The position numbers and the translations under genes are program-made. From contig JBBIRR010000007.1 in NCBI GenBank assembly GCA_037441705.1, positions 1 to 64,000 on the forward strand: a stretch of 64,000 nt of DNA. The letters are read 5' to 3'. The notes under the pieces are model-generated. The model was given only the letters and a program-made list of their open reading frames with translations, ran no database searches and was not told where the DNA came from. The stretch's first letter is position 1. Each line of letters opens with the position of its first letter. This DNA is from Ignavibacteriales bacterium. GTDB taxonomy: Bacteria > Bacteroidota > Ignavibacteria > UBA10030 > UBA6906. Below are positions 27,403 through 38,000 of this stretch, piece by piece.

Positions 27403-29106
27403 TCAGCGGAGTAATAGCATCTTGCGCGTTTCCGCAAACCTGTTTGCCACTGCAGTGTAGAAATATACACCACTCGGAAGCGCTTCGCCCCGCTCGTTCG
27501 TTCCATCCCAAACGAATTCGTGCACGCCGGCAGGGAGTCCCCCCGAAACAAGCACGCGCACGGGCTTGCCGAGGATATCGTAGATGGTGAGTGAAGCCCA
27601 GGAGTCGTAAGGAACTGCAAACGTAATCTTCGTACCCGGATTGAACGGGTTGGGGAAATTTTGGCTGAGAGCGAAGTCGCTCGGCACATTGCCGCCCGGC
27701 CCGCCGGAGCCGCGGACAACAACCCGAACAGTATATGATTGCGAGCCGACACTGTTTGCCAATGTGAGAGTGAACGAGGTCGTCTGCCGAACGGTGACGA
27801 CGCGTGTCCCGCTGGGCGGAACAGCGCCAATGCCCTGATCAATGGATGCCGTCGTGGCATTGACCGACGTCCACGAGAGCGTCACCTCGCCTCCTTCTGC
27901 CGGCAGCGTATCAGGAGACGCGGTGAACGTGCCCAACGGCGCGGCAGGCCCCAACGCGCGGCGCACGGCGCGCAGCAGCGGATGGCGCTGACCTTGTGGC
28001 TGGAGCGGGTCATATCCGCTGTTCATATCGAAAATCATCACCCCGCCGTAGCTTGTTGCCTTTACGTAATTGACTTTGAACGTCAACGAGACGGAGTCAT
28101 CGTAATTGATAAACTTCCTCGGATTGGTTGTGGTAACGGAGAGGAACGGCTGATGCGCGAGCGTGTCGTAGCGCCGCGTCCCAATTCCCGGCAGCAAGTA
28201 GTCGTTGACAATCTGGTAGTGGCGCATGTAGCTGAAATTGCTGCCCTGCTGTCCCGGCTGCGTGCAATTATCGTAGCTGTATCCGTAGAAGGCAAGCCCG
28301 ATGCCGATGAGTTCTGGACGCAAGCCGTGCTGAACCCACGTGGGGGCTTTGTCGTGGATGTTCAGCGCGCCGGATTCGGGCGGATAGTTGGGCCAGTTCG
28401 GCGAGGGATTGTACAAAGGCGCGTGAAACCCCGTTGCCGTACTCCACCAGCCGTTGCAGTCGTAGCTCATCAGGTTGAACTGATCCACCGTTGCGTTGAT
28501 CGTGGGAACATCGAACGCCGGGTCGTACTCACGCGGTGCGGCAATGCACAGTGTCCCTCTCGGATTCCATGCATCCAGCCCTCGCCGCAGGATGCGAAGA
28601 AGCATCGCGAACTGATTTCGTTCCTGGAGCTGCGGCGTTTCCCAATCAACATCAACACCGTCATAGCCTTTGCGGCGGGCATAGGCCAGCATACTATCCA
28701 CAGCAACCTGACAGCGTGCAGAATCCTGCGTCAACCATTGCCAGGCAGCAACGCCCGGTCCACCGACACCTCCGAGGCACAGAATGGCTTTCACGCCATG
28801 AGCATGAGCCGAGTCAATTAAGCGTCGCTGATACCCATACGGCGGATTGCATCCCCCCCAACACCCTTCTTCAAAAATATCCTGGCCATGGGGAAACACA
28901 TACCACGGCGGTTGTGTGTGCGGGTCAATGTTGAAGTGGACAATGTGCGTGAGGCCGCCCCACTCGATCTCTTCGACACGCATGCGTTGCGAGTCCCAAT
29001 CGGTCACGTAAGCTACCACCCAGCGAAGCGGCGCGGCATCGGCAGCAGGAAGGAGATGTAATGACAGCAAGGAAAAACCAAGACCGAGGATCACCCTCTG
29101 TAACAT
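27403..29106 (-). CDS. GH18 glycoside hydrolase (chitinase-like) with Ig-like domain and T9SS sorting domain
   Basis: Catalytic YDGVDVDWE (DxDxE), NLMSYD, GLAFYG, NYDD; CTD LSQNFPNPFNP. Confidence 0.9.
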   Translation of the reverse strand: MLQRVILGLGFSLLSLHLLPAADAAPLRWVVAYVTDWDSQRMRVEEIEWGGLTHIVHFNIDPHTQPPWYVFPHGQDIFEEGCWGGCNPPYGYQRRLIDSAHAHGVKAILCLGGVGGPGVAAWQWLTQDSARCQVAVDSMLAYARRKGYDGVDVDWETPQLQERNQFAMLLRILRRGLDAWNPRGTLCIAAPREYDPAFDVPTINATVDQFNLMSYDCNGWWSTATGFHAPLYNPSPNWPNYPPESGALNIHDKAPTWVQHGLRPELIGIGLAFYGYSYDNCTQPGQQGSNFSYMRHYQIVNDYLLPGIGTRRYDTLAHQPFLSVTTTNPRKFINYDDSVSLTFKVNYVKATSYGGVMIFDMNSGYDPLQPQGQRHPLLRAVRRALGPAAPLGTFTASPDTLPAEGGEVTLSWTSVNATTASIDQGIGAVPPSGTRVVTVRQTTSFTLTLANSVGSQSYTVRVVVRGSGGPGGNVPSDFALSQNFPNPFNPGTKITFAVPYDSWASLTIYDILGKPVRVLVSGGLPAGVHEFVWDGTNERGEALPSGVYFYTAVANRFAETRKMLLLR

Positions 29107-29161
29107 GATTTCACCCCCCAATGTAGTCAAGTCATCAAACGAGGGCACAACCGGCAGAAGC

Positions 29162-29189
29162 AATATAGCAAGCAGCAGGCTAAAATCAA
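29162..29189 (-). promoter_or_regulatory. Putative sigma70 promoter of the GH18 gene
   Basis: TTGATT-N16-TATATT with an extended TGn motif. Confidence 0.5.
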
Positions 29190-29213
29190 AGCAGAAGTTC
29201 TCTCATCACCCGC

Positions 29214-30173
29214 TCAGACTTCGTCGAGCATCACCCACCGCCTTAGCTTGCCCGCCTCCTTGAGTCGGTGGCGCTCCCAGTATGCCTGCCCCGCAATCCC
29301 CCCTACGATAAAAACAATACTGGAGTAGTAAACCCAGATCATCAGCACGAGAATGAATGCATACGGACCGTAGATTCTGTCAATCGAAGAGAAGCGCGAG
29401 AGATACCAGGCAAACAGCTTGCCCGACACCACCCATAGGCCTGTCGTCGTGATCGTCGAGATGATCCCGGCCAGACGAGGCGGTTTGGTGTCCGGGATGT
29501 ACCGATACACGATATAGAACATCACCGCCGTGAGCAGAACGACGAGAACCGTCGGGATGGACCTTCCCACGGCAAAAATTCTCGCGTCAGCCAGTTGGGG
29601 GACGTCCGACGTGAGGCGCTCTGCTAACGCAAACACCCACAAGAAAAGGTTCGAGAAGATGAAGAGACCGAACACCAGAAAAACAAACACCACATCATGC
29701 AGGATGGTTATGAAGAGATTGCGCGTGCGTTGGAGATGGTAGATACGATGCAGCACACTCCGCAGCGCATCGAACAGCGACGTCGCCGTCCAGATCAGAA
29801 TCAAGGCACCGAAGAGTCCGATGGAACGCCTGTACGCGATGATGTCGGAGATCATCCTCAGGATGGATTCTTTGATACTTGTGGCAAAGGGCTGGGGCGG
29901 GAACAGGGCGTTGAGAATGTCATTGAGCTGGCCGATCGCTGCGCTCGACGAATTGAGAATCATGCCGAGAGCTGAGGCCGCAAGAAGCAGCAGCGGGATC
30001 ATCGTGAGGATGCCGTTGAACGCCAATCCCGATGCAAGAAACAGAATGTCCTCCTCCACCATCTTCTTGCTGATGCGGCGCGTGTAGAACCACACCGTCT
30101 CAAGATAGCGAAGAAAGAATTTGACCACCTTTATGACGGACTCAACCATGATGATATCGGGATTGGCTGCCAC
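29214..30173 (-). CDS. YihY/virulence factor BrkB family membrane protein
   Basis: ASGLAFNGILTMIPLL, IWTATSLFDALRSVL, YRYIPD, IYG..A...VLMIWVYYSS; multiple TM helices. Confidence 0.88.
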   Translation of the reverse strand: MAANPDIIMVESVIKVVKFFLRYLETVWFYTRRISKKMVEEDILFLASGLAFNGILTMIPLLLLAASALGMILNSSSAAIGQLNDILNALFPPQPFATSIKESILRMISDIIAYRRSIGLFGALILIWTATSLFDALRSVLHRIYHLQRTRNLFITILHDVVFVFLVFGLFIFSNLFLWVFALAERLTSDVPQLADARIFAVGRSIPTVLVVLLTAVMFYIVYRYIPDTKPPRLAGIISTITTTGLWVVSGKLFAWYLSRFSSIDRIYGPYAFILVLMIWVYYSSIVFIVGGIAGQAYWERHRLKEAGKLRRWVMLDEV

Positions 30174-30295
30174 GAATCTCCGCGCACGAACGGCTGCTGC
30201 CGAGGGAAAAACTGCATCGAAGAGTCTCTGGTGAAGTGTGATTCAAGCTGATGCTCGAGCAGATTCTACGCCACCCGCATCATCGGGTTGTGCCC

Positions 30296-32524
30296 TCACC
30301 CCATGCGCAGGTTCGCGAACTTCAGCATCAGGTTTTTTCGGCCGACCGTTTCGAAGTCCACAACGGCGCGGGCATTCTCGCCCTTCCCATCAACGGCAAT
30401 CACCCGACCCGTGCCGAAGGTATCATGGATGACCCGCGATCCCACGCGGTAGGTAACCGGTGCCTGCGATTCATTCTCGTAGTCCGGCAGGGAGTCGCTG
30501 AAGTAGTGTTCTTCGTTCTTGCGCATGCGCGAAGCGGCGCGAGGCTTCGGCGCCGCGGGTGACCCGGCCGTCATGCCGCGTACAGCCGCAAGGCGCGTGT
30601 TGCCTTCGATCACGAGCAGAGACTCATCCACCTCATCAAGGAAGCGAGACCTCACCGAGTAGCCAAACTCGCCAAACCGATACCGCGTCAGGGCATAAAG
30701 CAGGTACAGCTTCTTCATTGCCCGCGTCACGCCAACATAAAACAGGCGGCGTTCCTCCTCCAATTCCTTCGGCTCCAACAGCGCATTCGACAGCGGGAAA
30801 AGCCCTTCCTCCAGCCCTGCGATGAAGACGACGGGAAACTCCAGTCCTTTTGCCGCATGCAGCGTCATCAGCGTGACAGCATTTCTGCCAAACTCTGCCT
30901 CGTCCACATCCGAGACCAGCGAGACTTCCTCGAGAAAGCCATCCAGACCCGCCTCCGGGTTCAAGTCACTGAACTCCGTCAGCGCAGAAAGAAGTTCCAT
31001 CACATTCTCGCGTCGCGCAAGCGATTCGACGGTGTTCTCTTCTTTGAAGATTTTCAGCATGCCGATCTCATCCACGAGCGTGCGCGCCAGCTCGCCGACG
31101 CTCAGTTCATCTTTCAGTCTGATGTATTTCTGCATCATCGCGCCGAACTCACGGATGGGTTTCCAGGCCCGTTCCGGCAGAACGTCCTGCACGCGCGCAT
31201 CCGTCAAGGCATCGAAAAGCGTAAGAGCATGCGACTTTGCAAACGCCCGCAGCCGTTCTACCGTCATCTCACCGATGCCACGCGTCGGGTAGTTGATGAC
31301 GCGCAGAATGCTTTCTTCGTCCTTCGGGTTGGCCACGATGCGAAGATAGGCGAGGACGTCCTTGATCTCTTTCCGCTTGTAGAACGCAACACCACCGACG
31401 ATGATGTAGGGAATGCCGTGGCGTCGGAGCGCATCCTCGATCGAGCGCGACTGCGCATTCGTCCGATACAGCACGGCGAAATCCTTCAGATCGAGTTTAT
31501 GTCGGTGCGACATCTCCTCAATCTTCGAGACGATCTTGTAGCCTTCTTCTCGATCATCCTCGCAGATCACGAGCGTCACCGGCTCGCCCGTCGGATTGTC
31601 GGTCCACAGCGTCTTCGGAATCTGATGCTTGTTGTTCTTGATGACGGAATCTGCAGCCGCAAGGATGGTTTTGGTGGAACGATAGTTTTGTTCGAGGCGA
31701 AACACCTTCGCTTCGGGGTAATCTTTCTCAAAATCCAGGATGTTACGGATGTCGGCGCCGCGAAACGCGTAAATGCTCTGTGCATCATCTCCCACAACAC
31801 AAATGTTGCGCGTGAGGCTTGCCAGTTCTTTGATAAGTTTGTACTGAACACGATTGGTGTCCTGATACTCATCCACCAGAATGTAACGGAAGCGCCACTG
31901 ATAGCGCTCGAGCACATCCTTATGTTTTTGAAACAGCTCCAGGGGCTTGAGCAGCAGGTCGTCGAAATCCATCGCATTGTTTGCCTTCAGACGCTTCTCG
32001 TATTCCTCATACACCAGTGCCGCCTTTTCCAGAAACGGGTCATTGGCCGCAGCGTGAAACGCCTTGGGCGATACCATCTGATTCTTCGCTGCGCTGATGC
32101 GCGAACGAATACCGGCAGGAGGATACTGCTGCTGAGAGATGTTGAGGGATTTCATGATGCTCTTCACCATCGCCTGCGAGTCTTCGGTGTCATAAATGGT
32201 GAAGTGGCGTTCGTAGCCGAGACGTTCGCACTCCATGCGGAGGATGCGAGCGAATATCGAGTGGAAGGTCCCCATCCAGATTGCCCGACTCTCATGCCCG
32301 ACGAGCCGGATGATGCGTTCCTTCATCTCCTGTGCGGCTTTGTTCGTGAATGTGAGCGCAAGAATGGAAGCAGGATTCTTCCCCTGCGAGATGAGGTACG
32401 CCGTCCGATACGTCAGGACGCGGGTCTTTCCGCTGCCCGCGCCCGCGACAATCATCACGGGCCCGTCAATCGTTGTTACCGCTTCGCGCTGAACCGGATT
32501 GAGCTGATCGAGAAATGAGGACAT
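30296..32524 (-). CDS. pcrA: ATP-dependent DNA helicase PcrA/UvrD
   Basis: AGAGSGKT, LTFTNKAA, VDEYQD, VGDDAQSIY, QNYRST, TLHAAKGLEF, EERRLFYVGVTRA; C-terminal Tudor-like domain. Confidence 0.93.
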   Translation of the reverse strand: MSSFLDQLNPVQREAVTTIDGPVMIVAGAGSGKTRVLTYRTAYLISQGKNPASILALTFTNKAAQEMKERIIRLVGHESRAIWMGTFHSIFARILRMECERLGYERHFTIYDTEDSQAMVKSIMKSLNISQQQYPPAGIRSRISAAKNQMVSPKAFHAAANDPFLEKAALVYEEYEKRLKANNAMDFDDLLLKPLELFQKHKDVLERYQWRFRYILVDEYQDTNRVQYKLIKELASLTRNICVVGDDAQSIYAFRGADIRNILDFEKDYPEAKVFRLEQNYRSTKTILAAADSVIKNNKHQIPKTLWTDNPTGEPVTLVICEDDREEGYKIVSKIEEMSHRHKLDLKDFAVLYRTNAQSRSIEDALRRHGIPYIIVGGVAFYKRKEIKDVLAYLRIVANPKDEESILRVINYPTRGIGEMTVERLRAFAKSHALTLFDALTDARVQDVLPERAWKPIREFGAMMQKYIRLKDELSVGELARTLVDEIGMLKIFKEENTVESLARRENVMELLSALTEFSDLNPEAGLDGFLEEVSLVSDVDEAEFGRNAVTLMTLHAAKGLEFPVVFIAGLEEGLFPLSNALLEPKELEEERRLFYVGVTRAMKKLYLLYALTRYRFGEFGYSVRSRFLDEVDESLLVIEGNTRLAAVRGMTAGSPAAPKPRAASRMRKNEEHYFSDSLPDYENESQAPVTYRVGSRVIHDTFGTGRVIAVDGKGENARAVVDFETVGRKNLMLKFANLRMG

Positions 32525-32559
32525 CGTTGGATGAAATGAAACTTCCTTTTGCACCCGCC

Positions 32560-32588
32560 ATAATAATCAAAAGGAAGCGGCGAATCAA
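32560..32588 (-). promoter_or_regulatory. Putative sigma70 promoter of pcrA
   Basis: TTGATT-N17-TATTAT. Confidence 0.55.
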
Positions 32589-32651
32589 TGAACGCACCTG
32601 TTCCTGCTCGCGCAGAAAAAAATTTTTCTTGACAAAAAACTTCGAACAACC

Positions 32652-35066
32652 TCACCGCACAGCAATCCGTACCGGCGCCGACTCGACGACACGCACTCCT
32701 TTCTTGCCTTTCACCACAAGCGTGAGAGAACCCTTGTTGAGCGCTGCGAGCGGAAGACGATAGCGATAGGGCGGCACGAGCGACGCAACCTCCTTTCCGT
32801 TGATACACAACATCACATCACGAACATCCTGCGCGACGACGGACTCGACGGTGATCGTCTGATACTGAGGTCGAAGAATCGGATCGACCGTAAATACTTC
32901 GCCGTTGGACGGAATGCTGATGGCAAGCGGCGCGCGTGCTCGCTGTGGTTGCGGAATGTTGTCGCTTCTACCTTGCAGCGCGTCCGGCGGACGAGGCATC
33001 CCCTGCTTTTCCATCCAACGTTCAAACTCCGGCCGGAATATCTCAAACACCTGCTCCGCCACAAACGCGTGCGGTGTCTCGCTCGATGCAAGTGCGCCCG
33101 TCCTCGTGTCGATGCGCAGCAGACGATGGACGCTGCACCGTTGCTTCGGCTCGCTGCCGGCAAGAAACACCTCCTCCACCTCGCCCGGACAGTGCTTGCC
33201 CGGCTTCATGCCCGAACGGGGACAGATGCGCTGCGTCGTTATCCCGGCAGGCCGCGCGAAGGCAAGTTCGGGATCATCCGCCCGATGAAGGTACAGCATG
33301 AGATCGCGAAACAACGGTGCCGCGCCCGTAATGCCCGAGACAAGCTTCATCGGCTCCGCCGTAAAGTTGCCGACCCACACACCAACGGTGAAGCGTTTCG
33401 TGTAGCCGACGGTCCAGTTGTCACGATAATCCTTCGACGTGCCGGTTTTTGCGGCACAGGGGAATGGGAGATTCAGCGAGCTGTGCGCTCCGAATGCAGC
33501 GGCGCGGGCGTTGGCGTCGGAAAGAATATCTGTCAGAATCGACACAACCTCCGGCGAGAATACCACGCTGGAGTCCTGCTTGCCGATTGCAAGCAGCGAT
33601 TGCAGCCGCGCGGGCGAACGCATCGTTTGCCCGACCATTCGCACGCTGTCAATCATCTTCAGCGGAACGTACATGCCGCCATTGGCAAGAGCGCTGTACG
33701 CGTTTGCAAGCTCAAGGAGCGTCACCTCGCCATTGCCCAATGTCAATCCAACCCCATAAAACGATGCAGGCTTATTCAGGGACACAAAGCCCGCGGCATG
33801 CAATGTCCGAAGAAGAAACTCCTCACCGAATCGCTCAACGAGGCGAACCGCGGGGACGTTGTAGGAACACGCAAGAGCAACGCGCATACGCACGGGCCCG
33901 TGAAAACGGCGGTCATAATTCTCCGGCAGAAAGTCCACGTCGCTATCGCCGTTGAGGCGGGGAATATCCGCAAGAAGGTCTGCGGCAGTCATGCCGTGCT
34001 CTACCGCGAGGCCGTAGGTAAAAGGCTTGAGCGTGGAACCGGGCTGGCGTAGAGCCAACGCGCCGTTGACCTGTCCGTTCGTCGTGCTGTCGAAGAAGTC
34101 CCGCGAACCGACAAGCACACGCAGCTCGTGTTCTTTGTTGGCGATGATAACAACTGCGGCGTTCGTAACGTTGTGTTTGCGAAGTCGCCGGAGATGTGCC
34201 TGCACCATCGCCTCCGCGGTTTTTTGGAGAGGATAGTCCAGCGTCGTGCTCACTTCTTCGAGGCGTCCTCGCTCGCCGGCAGGCAAACGTTGAAGGAGCA
34301 TGGTTGTGAAGTGCGGAGCTTTGAACGTCGCGCTGCGCGGAACCAACACCATCGTCTCCTGCTCTGCCCGCTCACGCTCGTCCTCGGAAATGTATCCCGT
34401 AAGCTGCATCCGCTTGAGGACATAGAGTTGTCGCGCACGCACGCGGTCGAACCGACTGTACGGATCGTTGCGTGCGGGCGAGTTGGGAATGGCGGCGAGG
34501 AAGGCAGCTTCGGCCACAGAAAGTTGAGCAGGCGGCTTGCCGAAGTAGAGCCGCGCCGCGGCATCCACGCCGAACGTTTGATTCCCGAACGGCACGCGGT
34601 TCAGATAATGTGTGAGGATTTCGTCCTTCGTCATCATCCGTTCCAGGCGAAGGGCGAACCACGCCTCACGGATTTTTCCCAGCAGCGACCTTCGGAACGG
34701 GTACACGCTGCGAATGACCTGCATCGTCAGCGTGGAGCCGCCGCTGACGACGCGCGAGGCCCTCATGTTCTGCCACGCTGCACGCAAGACTGCCAGCACG
34801 TCGACGCCGGGATGGGAATAGAATCGCGCGTCTTCCGCTGCAATCACGGCATTGATCAGGTTCGGCGAAATCTCTGTTAACGAACACCAGCGGCCTCTCC
34901 CCTCGGCTTCCGACAAAACCTCCCTCAGCAGCATTCCATGTCGGTCCACAATGCGCAGCGATGTCGTGCGATAGGGCTGAAACAACTTCCTGTCCAGAGG
35001 AACAAACAACGACGCGGCAAACGCCATCAGCAGAGCAGCAGACGCCATCAGGAAAATCCGTCGCAT
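32652..35066 (-). CDS. pbpC: Penicillin-binding protein 1C
   Basis: Transglycosylase EDARFY.HPGVD and GGSTLTMQ; transpeptidase STLK, SYN, KTG; directly downstream of alpha-2-macroglobulin. Confidence 0.92.
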   Translation of the reverse strand: MRRIFLMASAALLMAFAASLFVPLDRKLFQPYRTTSLRIVDRHGMLLREVLSEAEGRGRWCSLTEISPNLINAVIAAEDARFYSHPGVDVLAVLRAAWQNMRASRVVSGGSTLTMQVIRSVYPFRRSLLGKIREAWFALRLERMMTKDEILTHYLNRVPFGNQTFGVDAAARLYFGKPPAQLSVAEAAFLAAIPNSPARNDPYSRFDRVRARQLYVLKRMQLTGYISEDERERAEQETMVLVPRSATFKAPHFTTMLLQRLPAGERGRLEEVSTTLDYPLQKTAEAMVQAHLRRLRKHNVTNAAVVIIANKEHELRVLVGSRDFFDSTTNGQVNGALALRQPGSTLKPFTYGLAVEHGMTAADLLADIPRLNGDSDVDFLPENYDRRFHGPVRMRVALACSYNVPAVRLVERFGEEFLLRTLHAAGFVSLNKPASFYGVGLTLGNGEVTLLELANAYSALANGGMYVPLKMIDSVRMVGQTMRSPARLQSLLAIGKQDSSVVFSPEVVSILTDILSDANARAAAFGAHSSLNLPFPCAAKTGTSKDYRDNWTVGYTKRFTVGVWVGNFTAEPMKLVSGITGAAPLFRDLMLYLHRADDPELAFARPAGITTQRICPRSGMKPGKHCPGEVEEVFLAGSEPKQRCSVHRLLRIDTRTGALASSETPHAFVAEQVFEIFRPEFERWMEKQGMPRPPDALQGRSDNIPQPQRARAPLAISIPSNGEVFTVDPILRPQYQTITVESVVAQDVRDVMLCINGKEVASLVPPYRYRLPLAALNKGSLTLVVKGKKGVRVVESAPVRIAVR

Positions 35067-35095
35067 GCGAAGAGCCCACCCTTACGATTGATGTG

Positions 35096-38000
35096 TCACT
35101 TTACTTCCACGGTTGCCGAGCCCGTCCTGCCGAACACTTCCGGCTCATACATCATTGCAACATGCGCTGCGGGCATCTCGAATGTGCCCGGAGTAATTGC
35201 TCGAGCCAGATACGTGAACGTATGAACACCCGCTGCAAGCTGATCGGCAAACAGCAGCACACGATCATCATGCAGCTCACGATGATTGAACGAACCCCAC
35301 CACTGCGTGCCCTCCTGCCGTGATACCACATCCGCAAGCTCGGAGCTTTCCGTTTGCAGTGAGGTGTTGATGATCTGAAATCCTGCCGGCACCGGGTCTT
35401 CAACGACAACGAAGTTCCTCTGTTGAGGCGTAATCACGCGCAGCGTCACGCGCACGAGAGTCCCCGGAGGAAACGTACGGGCGCTGAACCCCGCGGTGGC
35501 ACCGAGAGGTTCCATTGTTTTCGTGATGGCGATTCCCTCATCGGCAGGCAGGGCCGCCCCGCGCGGGTAGTAGGACATGCGCACACCTGCATACAAGACG
35601 CCGCTTCCTTCCTTCACGAAGCGAAGCGGAAGCTCCTTCCCTCCTTCGAACGCCTCGAGGGGTCGCTGAACGCGTTCAGTGTTCAGACTTCGTCCTTCGA
35701 ACGTGCGAGAGAGAATGCGCTGTGCGGCAACCTGTATCTCGGCGCGGAACTTCGGTTCATCGGTCTCCATCCTCCGGTAGTAGGTGGCTAACGCATGAAC
35801 CACGCAGGCATTCTCCTGTGTGTTGGACCATCGCCCCGCGCGCTGCTGCTCCATCAACCATCGAACGATCTTTGCCGGCAGATCAGCCCGCTCTCTTGTA
35901 AACGCATTCGACTCCAACAGCGCTTGCAGAAGCAACGCTGTCGTCCGAACGTTGGAGACCCAGCACCACTCCAATCCCCGTATCGCCGGCTCTTCGAAGT
36001 GCGCCGAGGTCGGATTCAGTTTGATGTTATTGAAGAGATTGTTCGTTATCGCCTGAGCCATCTTGCCGGGCCGCGGAGAAGCGGATACGGCTTTGAGGAG
36101 ATAGGCACGAGCCTCGAGCGGTATGCGATCGAGCTTCTTGAAGTACTGCTCATAGTATGCCGGTTCGGGCGTCCCAAGCTGTGTGAGCGTGTAGAGAATG
36201 AACGCCTTCGTAACGGCCCACGCGTTCTCCGTGTACGGATAGTGCGGCCTTCTCTCTTCCCAACGCAACACATCCTTCAGGTACTGCGCGCCGCGCCGCA
36301 ACATGTCGTCATCAACGCTGTAGCCCTGCTTCCTGGCCATCGCCAGCACGTACATGACGTACGCCGTTGCGTACGGCGACTCATGCATCGAACCCGGCCA
36401 GTACGCAAAACCGCCGTTCCAGATTTGAAACCGCCGCAGCTCGCTGACCGTCTTCTCGACCAGCTCACGAACATCCTTCCCTCGCAGCATCGGCAATCCG
36501 AATGCTTCCACCATTTCTCTTCCCAGAATGATTGGAAGAATGGCAGAACACTTTTGCTCGACGCAACCGTACGGATATGTGAAGAGGTATTCTACACTGT
36601 TTTCCAATCCCACAAGCGCTGTGGACGCGGCAGTGAACTCAATGCTGCCAAGACCGGAGAGCGTGTTGGTCGGCACGACGAGCTTCATGTCGGATGAAGT
36701 GGCCACTGCCTGGAACTCCGCCACGGTTTCCTTTCTCGGAGCAACCCGGATGGGAATGCGCGCCGTGAGGCCGTCGGTCTCGTTGCCCATTGCTGCGCGA
36801 AAACTGAATGTTGCAGTCCCCACGCGGGTTGCATGAAACGGCTGACGTACCTCCTTCCCTTCTCCCGGTTCGAGCAGAATCTCGATGACATCCTTTCCCT
36901 TGAACTCGATTCCTTCGGCGCTCATCTGAAGGCGAACGGTTCTCTTTTCTTTGGTGAAGTTGTACACCACAGCGCCGGCTTCGAACCGATCCCCCAGACG
37001 CGCAAAGCGCGGCAGCGATGGTTGCAGCACCAACGGCTTGTTTACGGTGATGCGCGTTTCGCCGTACCCGAACTCGGAACTCTTCGTCTGCGCAACACAC
37101 ATGACGTTGAATGTTGTAAGATTGTCGGGAAGTTTGAAGAGGACCGTCGCGCTGCCTTCGTCGTCGGTCACGAGATGAGCATTCCAGTAGGCGGTTGATT
37201 TGAAATTTCCCCGCGTTTCAACGCCGCCGAGATCAACGCCACCGCCGCCGCCCTCGTCCTCACCCTTCTCCCCAAAACTCCGTGCCTGCACAATCTGTGC
37301 ACGGCCCTCCGTCGTCAGGACGGCAAGCGGCCTCGGTCCGTAAAATGTATCGAACGGATCGGGCAGCCGGTAGCCGATCAGGTTGAGCACGCCTCTATCT
37401 GCAACGCTGATCGTCAGTTCCGATGTTGCGGGCGTTCGTTCGGACATGCGCACATGCACGGTCACACGAACGCTATCGCCCGGGCGGTACTCGGTTTTCT
37501 CGGTGTTCATCTCCACCGTCAGATGCCGCGTTCCAGGATCGACGGGCAGCGCAATGTAACCGATCTTGAAGGAGGGTCTTCCGACGTCTTTTTCCTGCTC
37601 GAGGCCCGGCGTGCGTGTCACTCGCCCGTGCAACAAGATCACGGAGACATATACGTTTGGAAGAGACCGTTTGTCAAGTGGCACAACGATTTCAGGCGCG
37701 CTGCCCTTCAGCGTCGTTCGCCAGTGACGCAGGATGCCCTCCCGTTCAATGCTCACGAGAGCCGTTGCTTCTTCGTAGGGATTCTTTACAATGATCCGCG
37801 CGTTCTGCCCCGGCTTGTAGCTCCTGGCGTCCGCAATCAGTTCGATGCGGTCGTCGTTGCTCCGCTCCCACGCAACGTAGTCCGAGCCGCTGGCATAGAA
37901 GTGGACATCGCTCACAATCTCGTTGCCGCGAGCATCCTTACCCGTAATTTCAATGAGATACAATCCGGATTGTTTTGGCGTGAACGATTGAACGACAGGG

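Noticed and set aside
30857-32518. Long antisense ORFs (also 1693-2841, 4219-5469, 20432-21598, 39350-40834 and others)
   Set aside because: Shadow frames opposite well-supported genes, expected from GC-rich codon usage; no motifs or SD sites.
32604-32640. AT-rich near-palindrome agaaaaaaatttttct plus TTGACA upstream of pcrA as an operator or antisense promoter
   Set aside because: Low-complexity sequence, no matching -10 at the correct spacing, and no second copy in the window.
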